Source: Vicugna vicugna
Taxonomy: Eukaryota
Assembly: GCA_013265495.1 (NCBI GenBank)
Contig: MU061579.1
Location: forward strand, 358,872 to 422,871
Length of the DNA stretch: 64,000 bases
Direction: 5' to 3'
Below, piece after piece: positions 26,546-38,661 of this stretch; within the stretch, counting starts at the first letter, position 1; each line of letters begins with the position of its first letter. The notes under the pieces are model-generated. The model saw only the letters and a program-made list of their open reading frames with translations. It did not search any database and had not been told where the DNA came from. The translations under genes were made by a program, and so were the position numbers.

Positions 26546-28020
26546 CAGTAGTAATAATTATAACAATAATTTCTTTATTAATATAACACTATGATCTACT
26601 TAGAGATTGTATTTTTATATGTCTTACTGAATATTGGAAATCTGTTTAATTACCTGGAATGTCATAAATGCTTAATTCATGTTTATTTAAAAAAATGAAT
26701 TCGTGATTTTATCAGTTAGCATTTAGATAGAATATAGCATCAATAGTTGATTCTTTTTGTCTATTTCTATATTCAGGCATACATATAAACTTTTTGAAAA
26801 ATAATATCTGGATTTGCAACTGTTAAAGTATATATCCAGATATATCTCTAAGTTCCTGAAGATAGCTGAGGAAATTGATTGAATTTAATTAACTTCAAGT
26901 TGGATCAGTATTTATTGATTGCAGAAGCTTAAATTTGAGATCAAGGCCCTAATTTCCAAAAAGACAAAACAGACACATAGAAATACAGGTGCACACTCTA
27001 GATAATGTTTATTAGGTTTTTTTTTTTTCCCCGAGGTAGATATAGAGATAAATTCAGATGACTGTGAGTAAAGGGCATGAGTTACTTCAACCAGTGGAAC
27101 ACCTGTACCTCATTGATTCAGACTGATTACTTAAACATAATGGTGTATCAATTTCAATCTCAGTGTTTTGTTTTGTTTTGTTTTTCATTTAAAAGTACAG
27201 GAAAAGGCATTTGTTGAAATTCTGTTGTGTGCTTTTCTTTCCTGTTTGAGGTCTACATCACTTGCTGAATCACATTCAAATAGGCGTACTTTTTGTTGAA
27301 GTTTTCACTCCACTAATTATTTGAGTTCAAACGGTCAGAACATCCTACGAACCTGATGCTTGTTCTGCAGTTGACCCTGTCACTCTGAACTAATGAAGGT
27401 AAATTATAAAACAATAAATAAATAAATAGCAATTACCCTTGGGTGACATAAGTGCTGCTTTTAATTATTTTAAAGCAAGCTTTTTAGAGCCAATAATATG
27501 AACTCATTGTTTGATAAACACATTGGAAAAACAAGAGCTCTCATTTTGGCTTTTTATAAATTTATGAGATTACATTAGTGGAAGAACTTAGTCATACAAA
27601 GCCTGCTATAACAGAGATGTGTCATCCTGGGGTTAAATCTATAGTAATAGCATTAACTCAGCGGGAACAAAATGTAATTCTCCAACTTGCTTATCTTGCT
27701 TATCTCTGTGGAACAACGTAAGATGCAAAGGGAACTTTAATGAATGTATCTTGTAGATTCAGGTTCTGACTTACACAGTTCTGCAGCCTGTACAAATATG
27801 ATTACAGTAACAAAGCAGGTATGTAATGCATTTGCTTTAATGAAAATGGAAGAGATCTTATGGCATCACTCAGTCTGGGTGATACGGATGAAGTACTGTA
27901 TTCACTTTTGTGTTTACTAACATACTGCATAAAATTCCCCCAAACTAATGATGAGGAGGAAGAGAAGGAGGGTACGTATGTGCTGTACTCAGAGAAGGAT
28001 GGCCAAATAAGCAACCGATT

Positions 28021-28249
28021 AAGAATGTTGTTTATTATTTTTAAAGGCTGAATAGTATTCCATTGTATAATTGGCCCTTGGAAACCTGAGGATACAGAGA
28101 ACTAACTGTACCACTTCTTTTATATAAAGCACTTGAGTATCTTCAGAGTTTGGTACCCTTGGAGGTCCTGGAACCAATTTCCCCCAGATATGGAGGGATA
28201 ATTGTGTGTGTGTTTGTGTGTGTGTGGCATTTTGTTTATCCATTCATCT
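28021..28249 (-). mobile_element. Old L1 (L1MA/MB-like) ORF2-end fragment; host of later insertions, resumes at 31113-31140
   Basis: AAGGCTGAATAGTATTCCATTGTATA...CATTTTGTTTATCCATTCATCT, continued by GTTGACGAGCATTT after the young L1. Confidence 0.7.
28068..28204 (-). mobile_element. MER2/MER8-like Tigger-family MITE
   Basis: Minus strand CAATTATCCCTCCATATCTGGGGGAAATTGGTTCCAGGACC...TACCAAACTC...GATACTCAAGT resembles the MER2/MER8 5' end; inserted at a TA. Confidence 0.65.
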
Positions 28250-28569
28250 ATTTTTTTAAAACATGTTTTAATTGAGTAATAGTCATTTTACAATGTTGTG
28301 TCAAATTCCAGTGTAGAGCACAATTTTTCAGTTATACATGAACATACATACATTCATTGTCACATTTTTTTTCGCTATGAGCTACCACAAGATCTTGTAT
28401 ATATTTCCCAGTGCTATACAGTATAATCTTGTTTATCTATTCTACATTTTAAAATCCCAGTCTGTCCCTTCCCACCCCTGCCCCCTTGGCAACCACAAGT
28501 TTGTATTCCATGTCTATGAGTCTGCCTCTGTTCTGTATTTATGTGTTTGTTTGTTTGTTTGTTTGTTTT

Positions 28570-28936
28570 TTAAGATTCCACACGAGTGATCTTATATGGT
28601 ACCTTTTTTCTCTTTCTAGCTTACTTTCTCAGAACAACACTCTCTAGGACATCCATGTTGCTGCAAATGGCGTTATGTTGTCGGTTTTTGTGGATGAATA
28701 GCATTCCATTGTACAAATACACCACATTTTCTTTATCCAGTCATTTGTTGATGGACATCTAGGCTGCTTCCATGTCTTGGCTATTGTAAATAGTGCTGCT
28801 ATGAACACTGGGGTGCAGGTGTCATTTTGAAGTAGGGTTCCTTCTGGATATATGCCCAGGAGTGGGATTCCTGGGTCATATGGTAAGTCTATTCCTAGTC
28901 TTTTGGAGAATCTCCATACTGTTTTCCACAGTGGCT
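28570..28936 (-). pseudogene. L1 ORF2p C-terminal remnant
   Basis: [30 protein letters not shown]...CTPVFIAALFTIAKTWKQPRCPSTNDWIKKMW...PFAATWM; frameshifted near the end. Confidence 0.92.
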
Positions 28937-29075
28937 TTCCTTGCTTCACTCTCCCACTCTTAATGATTTAGATGTCTTCTTTTACAGTTTTGTGTTTATT
29001 CTTTTTGTAATTCATGGCAGTTATCCTTTCCACTTATGAGTTTCTCATTTTTGTAGCATCCTGCTTCTTTTCTAT

Positions 29076-29970
29076 TTAGAGTAGACCTGTGAATATTTCT
29101 TTTAGCATGGGTTTAGTGTTGCTAAACTCTTTTAGTTTTTGCTTGTCTGTGAAGTTTTTTTTAATCTCCCCTTCTATTTTAAAGGATAGCCTTGCTGGAT
29201 AGAGTATCCTAGGCTGCATCTTTTTTTCATTCAGGACTTTGAATATATCTTGCCACTCCCTTCTGGCCTGTTTTTGTGTAGAGAATTCAGCTGAGAGCCT
29301 TATGGGGGTTCCCTTGTAACTCACTCTTTGTTTTTCTCTTGCTGCCTTTAGGATCATTTCTTTATCCTTGACTCCGGCCATCTTGATTATGATATGTCTT
29401 GGTGTGAGTCTGTTTGGGTTCTTCCTGTTTGGGACCCTCTGATCCTCCTGTACTTGGATATCTGATTCCTTCTTTAGGTTTGGGAAGTTTTCAGTCATGA
29501 TTTCTTCCAATACCTTTTCAATCCCCTTTGTTTTTTCTTCCCCTTCTGGAACCCCTATTATGCAAAGATTGGCACGCTCTATATTATCCCATACGTCCCT
29601 TATATTGTTTTCATTGTTTTTTATTTGTTTTTCTCTCAGCTGTTCTGATTGGGTGCTTTCTGTTGTCTTGTCTTCTAGGTCACTTATTTGTTCCTCTGCA
29701 TTATCTAGTCTGCTTCACACAGCCTTTAGGTCAGCTCTCATCTCAGCTAATGAGTTTACTAATTCTACTTGGTTCTTCTTTATAGCTTCTATTTCATTTT
29801 TGACATATTTTATATCTCTAAACACTGTTTCTTTTAGTTCTTTCAGTACTATGATCACTCCTTTTTTTGAAATCTTGATCTAGTAGGCCATCAATGTCTA
29901 TTTCCTTGATTATGCTTTCAGGGGATTTCTCTTGATCGTTTAATTGGGGGTGGTTCCTCTGCTTCTTCAT
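29076..29970 (-). pseudogene. L1 ORF1p, disrupted
   Basis: ATG at 29970 (MKKQRNHPQL...); +1 frameshift in the A7 run at 29862-29868; in-frame TGA at 29715-29717; C-terminal half EEIMTENFPNL...PRHIIIK...ILKAAREK...ARREW...PRILYPARLSF. Confidence 0.92.
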
Positions 29971-31399
29971 ATTGCTCACATCTCTCTAGCATTGTGGCAG
30001 GTGGGTGTGTGGGTCACTCCCCCTCCCAACGCTGTAGTCAGATGCTGTGCTGGGGCAAGGCATGTGGGCAGATCGCGCCTCCTGCAAGCACCTTGGTCAG
30101 GTGCTGTATTCCTGCCAGGAAGGTGGGTGGCTGCCCACCCTCTCCCGGAGCAGGTCACTCTGCTGCTATGTGCAGCTGCCGCTCCAGCTCGGGTCGGCGC
30201 TCCATAGGCGGGCTCAGGGAAGACTGCAGAATAGCCCTGTCCCTGCTCTGTGCCAAATCTCAGGTCGTTTGTTTGTTTTGGCTGCACAAGTTCTCTAAGG
30301 TTCCAGGGAAGGAAGATCCTATCTGCCTCGGGCTGTAAACAAGTCTCAGTCCTGCCTAGGAGGTTGCGGAGACCCGGGGTGTGGATTCAGGTCTATGCCC
30401 TGCCTCTGCCCGGGTGCTGCACACAAGAGGAGATGGCAGCTGTGGCTGCACCCCAACTCTCTTCTCATGAGAAGTGCCAGTAATGGCTCCGTGGGTCTGA
30501 GGAGACAAAGGCTTTGGCGCCCCTCCCCCCAGAGCACACCAGCTGTGTTGCTTTGCTTTTTTCACAATTTATGTGGGAACCAGGTGGTTCTGCTCCATAT
30601 CCCCTCCCAGCAACGGCATGCAGCACCCTGCAGTCCCCCAGGGCTGCCTCAGTGCAGCTGCCCCAGTCCTCTGCCCAGCTCGGGTGGCCTGTCCCGGCCC
30701 CCAACTGCCAGCTTGCGTCTCGGGCTTGGTGTTGCAGGGACTCTTTGTGCCCGTTTAACTCAGTTCTGTTGGTCAAGGGGTGCTCGGGGCAGATCTGAGC
30801 CTTGGAGGCTCCCCCTCCATCCCATTGGCCTCTCCGTTGTAGGGGGGAGACCCAGCGAACGAGCACCAGTTCTCCTTTGCTGCTCCCTCCCCACAGGACC
30901 GGTCCTGCACTATTTTGTTTTTTCTTCTTTCTTTTTTCCTTTTCTCCTACCAGATTTTTGGCATCTTTGTCTTTCAAAGAGGGCAATGTTCTGTCGGAGT
31001 TCAGTAGGTGCTCTGTTTGGCTGAGTGGGTCCATAGATGTGAGTTTTGGTGTATTTGTGGGTGAAGGTGAGCTACAAGCATCCTTCTACTCCACCATCTT
31101 GCTTCTCTCTCCTATCCATTCATCTGTTGACGAGCATTTCTAAAATTGTCATATTCATAAAATCAAAGATTGGAATGGTAGTTACTAGGGACTGGGGAGA
31201 GGGGTTTTCAAGTAAACAACTGGACTTTGGATTTTGGATTTAAACATAACATGACTGAATAGGATCTAGAGGTTAAAACATACTGAGCAGATTATTGGAG
31301 AATATAATATTTAAAAATAAGTTTGTCCCAAGCTTTCCACCTTTTGTGGCCCCCTGTAATATTCTAAACTCATTTGTTTCCACTTGTTCACCTCATTCT

Positions 31400-32520
31400 T
31401 TTATCATCTTATTCTACTTGAGTATTTGTCTCTAGCACTCCACTGTATTGTTCTCATGAAAGTCACCAAACTGGTGATTAGTTTTCTATCTTCCTTTTAC
31501 CCAACCTCTCAGTAACTTCAGTTATGACAGACTAGATCTTCTCTCATGTTAATATTTCTATTCTTTACTTAAGGGAGATAACAGTTTTTAGAATTCCCCC
31601 TGACCTCACTGTCCACTTCTTAATCTTATTTACAGACTTCTCTTTTTAAAGATCAGAGTAGGGTATCTCAGGGGTCTTACTTTGGCACTCCTCTGTTTTC
31701 ACTCTATGCTCTCTTCCTCTTGATCTGATTCTCTTCTATGCATTTAATACTGCTATCTCCCAGATCGCTACTCCTGACTTCACCATCTTCCATAACCTAC
31801 ATTGTATCTGCAATTGGCCATCTTAAATGAGACAAATCTTAGCTTCTCAAAGGCCTTTCTTATCTTAGCATATGTTATCGTAATCTACTCTCTTGTATTT
31901 ATCAAAAACCTAAGAGTTATGTTTAATTCCTCTCTTTCCTTCATATACCAAATCTAATCTATTGAACATTTGACTTTAGTGTCAAAATATATTTTTAAGA
32001 TGAATATCAAATAGATCGTATTCATTCTCCTTTTCATCAAATTCTCTACAACCACCATCATAGTCATCATCAGACCTCACCAGGACTGCTTCAAACTCTA
32101 ATTGACCTTACAATTTAAAATTTTTTGTTCCACTACAATGCATCCAGTATTAAGCAGTCAATTTGGGTATTCTTAGGTGCAGATTAAATGATGCCATCTC
32201 CTTCAATGTTTTATCAAGATGATAACAGAAAAATTGAACATTTAAGTGAAGGCCTGGAAAGCCTCACAATGTTCATTCCATATGTATTTGATCTATTTCT
32301 TTTTATCCTGTACTGCCTATGCTACTTTCCTTTTTTTAACTTCATACATTCCAAGTTTATTCCTGTATTAGGTTTTCACCCTTGTTAGTCTGAAAGCTTT
32401 GAATACTCTCTCCCCAATCTCATGAACGCCACCATCTTCTCATCATTTTGATTTGATTTTGATTTCCTCCCCAGTGTCACTTCTCTTGAAAGGCCTTCCC
32501 TAAAATTTTAAGGATATCCT
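31400..32520 (+). mobile_element. L2 LINE 3' region
   Basis: Pyrimidine-rich L2 motifs (CTCAGGGGTCTTACTTTGGCACTCCTCTGTTTTC, AAAAACCTAAGAGTTATG...CCTCTCTTTCCTTCA, GTCACTTCTCTTGAAAGGCCTTCCCT). Confidence 0.75.
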
Positions 32521-32524
32521 CTGC

Positions 32525-32852
32525 AATTTTTTGGAGCTTTCTGTATGTATCGTGTCCTCTTCTGTAGTGTTTTACCCCACAGATAATAACTGCCTCCTCC
32601 TCCTCAATCTCAGAGGTCTCCCTAATCCAGTGAGACCACCAAGCTTTGTTTTTCTGCTTCTGCTTCAAAGCCATACGTGTGGGCTTACCTTGCCTGATTA
32701 CCACCTCCTAGCCCTCAGAGAACATAGTCCTGCACTGCTGGTAACTACTATCTATAATTTTTTGTGTTGTAAATTTGTCTAGTTTTCCATTTGTTTAAAT
32801 CTGTAGGGTAAATCTGCTCCGTTACTCCATCATACCTAGAAACAGAAACCTC
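32525..32852 (-). mobile_element. Old L1M/HAL1-like 5' end fragment
   Basis: Ends CCGTTACTCCATCATACCTAGAAACAGAAACC, resembling antisense old-L1 5' termini; similar to 48900-49282. Confidence 0.45.
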
Positions 32853-34602
32853 TTAATGGTTTTTAGACACCTGCGTCCTTAAGAACTTGCTGTGTCACTC
32901 AGTTTATTACTAGAAGAAGAAATAAATTATAAGAAAAGGAACCTAGTAGGCATGAGATGTGAATGTCTTGAGATGTATTAGTTGTTTTATGTTATTGTTT
33001 TATAGTATTATATTGTTTTTATATTAAACTTTCCTGTTCTTCTAGCTTTGTTATGAGTAAAAAATAAATTGAAACTTTAACACCCAGTTAGTAGTGAATA
33101 AACGCCACCTAATTATATGATTTATCAACTTTCTTCTTAGACAGATGGAAAGATGTAGCTTAAGCAGAAATTCCCTCATTTCTCTTTGCTTTTTATGTTT
33201 CTCACACTTTTCTTGTTGAATTGGGAAATTATCAAGTGTGATGATCTTAAAATCCTGTCCTGAAGGTGAAAGCAACATTTCCAGTGATTTTTTTTAAATG
33301 GAAAAATCTGCCTGTAAATAAGACTTTTTTTGTGTGTGTGGAAGAAATTTAATTTTGCAAAGTATACATGTGTGTGTTTATCTTTGTGTATAAAGTATTT
33401 CATTTAGTTGTTTTGTATGTGTTCTAATATAACAGCTTTAATGATAATCTATTTTATTGGAATTTGATATGCATATGTATGTGTAGATTTATAACATATC
33501 AGTGAGTTTTGGCTAATACAGTTGACATGTCTTGATTTATAATTAGTGACATGCTAAAACCAACATTTGCTGAAAACACGTTTGGCTGTATTGATGACTA
33601 CAGAATGATTGAGTTTATTATTTTCTTTGTTTTCTTGAAATGTATAGCATTTTAAAGCATAGTATTAACAAACACAGATGTATTCTGAAGAATGTTGTCA
33701 ACTTTAACATCATGATTACTGGAAAAGATAGTTAAGAAGGTCCATTTTCTAGTTACTACTTTTGAATATTTTGAATTCATTATTTTGACTCATACCATAA
33801 ATGTATACTGAGGAAGCCACATGAATAAAATATTTTGTTTTAAGTGTGGAGACTACAAAAAAAGCATCTTTATTTTCCAAGGTTAGAAACCTAAGCTATG
33901 CTTAGGATTCAAATGAATCGTAGCAATTCTGAACACCCTTTATAAGGCTTGAAGAAAACGATTTCTATCATGATTCACAGTTGGTGTTTCTTATACTGTG
34001 GATTAAGTCTAGTGGTGGTGATTCCTCCAGGCTGATGGTGCAGTCATTACCCAAGAATGCTTGTGCTTCTGAGAGAATTCAGCCACTTCTCAGGAAAATC
34101 ACAAAGCTGCCACTTCCATAAAGCTCCTATTTCTGGCATCATTACTACAGATACTCTCTACACTTAGTGAGAATCAGGGACCAGGGAGAGATTAGGAGAA
34201 GTACATGGGATGTGCAGCCACAACGCTGGAAATTAGCACAAATCTACACTGTGTTGCCCTTGTGATGGGACTTGCGGAAGCGAATTAATATTGATCCTAT
34301 TGTGTTGTGACCATGCTGAGGTGGTTGTGGTAGGTTGCCTTTGATCCAGGCACAGCAACATACCGAGCTTCACTCATTGACTGCTCACCTTGAGATGGGC
34401 TAGCTCAACCTTGCAGGAGCAGGGAAGTGGCATATCTGTGGTGTTGTCATTTATTTCCCCATGTGACATTTTAATAGTCTGTGTTTCAGCAAACTTACTT
34501 TTCTTTTCCCTGCCCCTACCATAACTGTGAAAGAAGGTATGTAATGATTATCCCTTTAATTCCAGTGCTGAAAAATGTATTTTAGCTTTTTTCTAATATG
34601 CT

Positions 34603-34718
34603 TGAAAATAAATATATGTATGTTCCTATATGACTGAAGTATTGTGCTGTACACCAGAAACTGACACAGCATTGTAAACTGACTATACTTCAATAAAGAT
34701 ATATTTTAAAAAATAAAA
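34603..34718 (+). mobile_element. 5'-truncated L1 3' end (116 bp)
   Basis: ATGACTGAAGTATTGTGCTGTACACCAGAAACTGACACAGCATTGTAAACTGACTATACTTCAATAAA plus A-rich tail; TSD TAATATGCT (34594-34602, 34719-34727); closely similar to 42370-42465. Confidence 0.88.
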
Positions 34719-36264
34719 TAATATGCTACTTTTCTCACATCCAAGTCCGCTGAGGAGGTTTTTGCTAAAATACAATGTAAAAATGTGTGTGAATTTCATT
34801 TAATGATTCTGTTTTGAAATTTTTATAGCTATTTGTAAGTGAAATTGGTCTATAATTTTAATATACTGTTGCTATCTTTTTCACGTCTTGGGGTCTTCTT
34901 TTTAAAAAAATATTCAGAAGTTTTCTTGATTTTTCTGTTTGTGGTAATTGTCTAAAATAAATTTAGGATTATCTGTTCCTTTAAGGCTTTGTAAAAGCCC
35001 TTTGTGAATCCACTAGGGGACCTGAACATTTTTTGTGAAGGACCTTTTTGTCTATCTCTGTTTTCTTTTTCTATGGAAATTAGTTGTCTAAATTTTCTAA
35101 CAACCAAGGGTAATTAGACCCCTGATAGCTGTGCTGAAAAACGGAAAGTCACACTCCAGGGTAGGAACCAAGGAACTGGAGTTTATTGTTTAGATTTGAG
35201 GTATGGATGTCATGCCTGGTTTTAAAAGATGATCACTCTCAGTTTAATGCTGATGGTTACAATAACATTAAAAATTGCTTCATAGAAAGATGCTACATTA
35301 TCCAATCCAAGGAATTGTTACTACAAAGCAAAAGCTATTTGTTTAAAAAGAAAAAAGATTAAATCACAAACTAGGTATACTTTTTGAGCTTAAAACATGA
35401 ATACATTTTTTTGGCAAAAATAATATGTAAATAATTTGCTTTAAAAATTATCCATTTTAGACTTTGTTTTTTAGAGTTCACTTTGCTTTACTTCAGGGCA
35501 ATAATAATGATGACAGCTAACACTTCCATGGTGTTTTCATATGCCAGATACATAGCTAAGTGATGTACATATTTTAATTCATTCAATCTTTAAAAACCTT
35601 TGAGGCAATCCAATTTTAAATAAATTATTATCTTTTTAGTAAGAGATTGCGGTATTAATGAACAGATATGCTTATGGTATTTATTGCAGCTGAATGGTAT
35701 AAATTAATAAACCTAGTGTTATATAAATTAGGCTTTTGCCTATATTTCTTTTTGAATGTATTTCTTATGTTTTATGTCTTAAATCATTAATTTATTTTTA
35801 TCTTTATTCTATAATTTAACTCAGTATGAAACACACATGATAAAATATATGTTTTAAATTTTAGTTACCCGTATTATTATATATACACTGACTTGCATCC
35901 TATGTGCAAAAGGTTGAGTTAATCACACTCCTCTCTTCAAACCATGCTGACGTCACTGGTACTTTAACTTCTTTTCATTCATTGGTTGAATTTTATTTCT
36001 ACTTTTTTCCTCTTTCTCTTACCTTCATGGGAAAATGTGGCTACATTGTTTTATTTCTACATTAGTATAAAACTTATACTATGATTTTGTGTGCAAATAA
36101 ATGGAATTTACCTTTATAAAATTGTGCTCCAGAACTAATCTTAATTTTTTTTCACTCAGTAATGTGTTTCTAAGATAAACCCATTTTACAATGATATAGA
36201 TCTTTAATTAATAGCATTCTACAGTGGGCTTCCATCTCTTTTTCCTTACTGAGAGTTTCTCAGG

Positions 36265-36400
36265 CTTATATATATATTTATAAAGTTTATACATGTACAT
36301 AAATAATTATTTATATTATTGTCTATTTATATAAATATAGATGTATTATATATTATTTATATATATATAATTTATAATGTTATTTATATACATATATAAA
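36265..36400. repeat. AT-rich low-complexity (TA)-type tract
   Basis: Directly visible degenerate TA/TTA repeats. Confidence 0.85.
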
Positions 36401-36906
36401 CTTTACAAATAGTAAATAGTATATGAAAAATAAAAAATTTCAGCAGCAGCATATATGAATCTATGCTTACTCAATCACTTTATCTTTCTGCTTATTCTGC
36501 CCAAGCTTGGCTGCATTGCTTTCCAGAAGTTCTAAACAGGCTCTACTCTCACCAGTGAGATACCTGAATTCCAGTATTCCTGCCTAAACCTGGTATTATC
36601 GAGCTTTTTTTTTTTTTTTGCAAATCTCAGATGTGTAAATTGATAACTTTTTGTTGTTCACTAACAATTGGTTCAAAACAATCTTAAGTATGCTCCAAGG
36701 AGATTTATGTTTCTTTGATCACCTGAGTCTTCTTTAGCAGAATGGTTAGCATCCATATTTCTCCTAACACTCTATTTGAGGAAATCTAGGCTCTTTGAGT
36801 CATGCTGCTAAAAATTATTCCAGCTTCTGCTTCCCCCCAATTCCAAGATCACTTCCAGACCTTTAGGTATCTGTTACAGTAGCACTCCACTCCTAGTACC
36901 AAAGTC

Positions 36907-37943
36907 TGTATTCATTTCTTCTTCTGCCATAACAAATTACAATAAACAGTGACATAAAACAACACAAATTTGTTATCTTATAGTTTGGGATGTCAGAAGT
37001 CTGACAAGGGTCTCACCGAGCTAAAATTGTGGCGTCAGCAAAGCTGCATTCCTATCTGGAGGCTCTAGAAGACAATTGGTTTTTTGTTTTTTTTTTTTAC
37101 CTCTTCCAGCCTCCAGAGGCTGTCCACATCCTCTGGCCCCTCACCTCCTTTTTCCATCTTTGGGAAGCAATGGTGTCCCCAGCACAGCTCATGAACAATT
37201 CCCGGGGAATAAAAATAGGGCCTGGGTAAGAAAATAAAGTTGAACCTCTTCCTTTTCCTTTCTGCTTCATCTGGTTTCACTTGAGCATTGGGGCCACATG
37301 CAGAGGCCTGGCACCCGGCACTTCAGACCAGAGTTCGCAGGGCCAGTGGGCCGCGTGGACACCTCAGCTCTGCCGGCCATGTGCAGACACTCTGAGATGT
37401 TGAGACGCTGTGATGCTGGGCCTGGCCCTGCAGTCTGAGCCATGAGCAGAGCAGCTGTGTCTATCACGTGAGAACTCTGACCCCTTCCCTCCCTGTGCCG
37501 AAATCCCTATAAAGCAGCCCCGCCCACGGCCTGTCAGGAGAGCATGTCTTCTAGAGTGAGAGCTCAGACCTCTCCATTCTTTGATCAAAGAATAAAACTC
37601 TTTCTTTTGCTTCTGAACTGAACTGGGTCTTGTTCTATTGGCACAAGTGATGCCAGACGAAGGACCCTTGTTAGCACCTGCTTAGGAGGGTTGGTAACTA
37701 TGGTGCATCTCATGGACTGTCATTCTCCCATCATCACATGTCTTTCCGGCCACAGCTGGAAAGGTTCTCCACTTTTAAGGACTGGGCCCACTTGGATAAT
37801 TGAGGATAATCTTCCCATCTCAAATTCCATAATTTCAGCAGTATATGTGAGATTCCTTTTTTTCATAGGAGGTAACATACTTATAGGTTCTGGAATTAGG
37901 ATATGAACAGATTTGGGTAGAAGGGCATCATTACACTAATCAT
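36907..37943 (-). mobile_element. MLT1 (MaLR, MLT1C/D/E-like) LTR split by an ERV1 LTR
   Basis: TGTATT...GCCATAACAAATTAC...AACAACACAAATTT...CAGAAGTCTGAC...TCTGGAGGCTCTAG, resuming after 37703 with TGGGCCCACTTGGATAAT...GGATAATCTTCCCATCTCAA...GGTAACATAC. Confidence 0.82.
37174..37699 (+). mobile_element. ERV1-type solo LTR (526 bp)
   Basis: TG start; GGTAAC(T) end; 4-bp TSD ATGG (37170-37173, 37700-37703); TATAAA at 37508-37513; AATAAA at 37591-37596. Confidence 0.82.
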
Positions 37944-38248
37944 AGTGGGTCTATCAGGTTGTAAGATTTACAATGAGCAAATCCATGGTCACTTGATGTC
38001 TTATGTGTCCTGTCTGTACTAGGATCCAGTAATATAACAGATGTTGTTTTTTAAAAGGAATATAATTATCTAATGCAGATGGCATAGTCTTGCTCCAAAA
38101 ATCCAAGGGTATTTATTGTGATTCTACCACTTGCTCTTGCCACAACATCTACACACCATCTTTTTGTATCACATATAACTCCAACACTAGGATGTACTAA
38201 GTTTATTATAGTTTGTAGCAAAAGTGGCCAGGATACTTGCAGCACAGT

Positions 38249-38661
38249 TTTTTTCTTCCAGTTTTATTGAACTATAATTGATATACAGCACTGTATTAGT
38301 TTAAGGTGTACAGCATAATGATTTGACTTAACATACATCATGAAATGACTATCAAAATTAGTTTAGTGAGCATCCATCATCTCATATAGATACAAATTTA
38401 AAATAAAGAAAAATATGTATCCTTGTAATGAGAACTCAACAACTTTCACATATAACATACAGCAGTGTTAATTATATTTATCATGTTGTATATTACAACT
38501 CTAGTACTTACTTATCTTATAACTGGAAGTTTGTGCCTTTGGACTTCCCGCTTCTGATCCCCACCCCCCGTCTCTGGTAACCACAAATCTGATCTCTATT
38601 TGTATGAGCTTGTTAGTTTGATTTTGAACTTTAATTGACTTGCAATGCTATGACCTATAAC
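38249..38661 (-). mobile_element. 5'-truncated L1 3'UTR (L1MA9-like, laurasiatherian)
   Basis: T-tail then CAGTTTTATTGA...TATAATTGA...CAGCACTGTA...TAAGGTGTACAGCATAATGATTTGAC; degenerate 14-bp TSD ACTTGCAGCACAGT / ACTTGCATCAAAGT. Confidence 0.8.

Larger units (their letters stand above)
28250..31112 (-). mobile_element. L1 retrotransposon with intact 5' and 3' ends but most of ORF2 deleted
   Basis: 13-bp TSD TATCCATTCATCT (28237-28249, 31113-31125); 5' start GGAGAGAGAAGCAAGATGG (YY1-type site); GC-rich 5'UTR; ORF1; short inter-ORF; ORF2 C-terminus; 3'UTR and short A tail. Confidence 0.93.

Noticed and set aside
29497..29883. 128-aa hydrophobic plus-strand ORF
   Set aside because: Antisense shadow of L1 ORF1
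29944..31143. Cluster of long overlapping ORFs (up to 209 aa) on both strands
   Set aside because: They lie in the GC-rich L1 5'UTR, where stops are rare; no recognisable protein
35010..35024. CTCF-like CCACTAGGGGAC (similar weak hits near 5322 and 45365)
   Set aside because: Mismatches in the core; expected by chance in 64 kb
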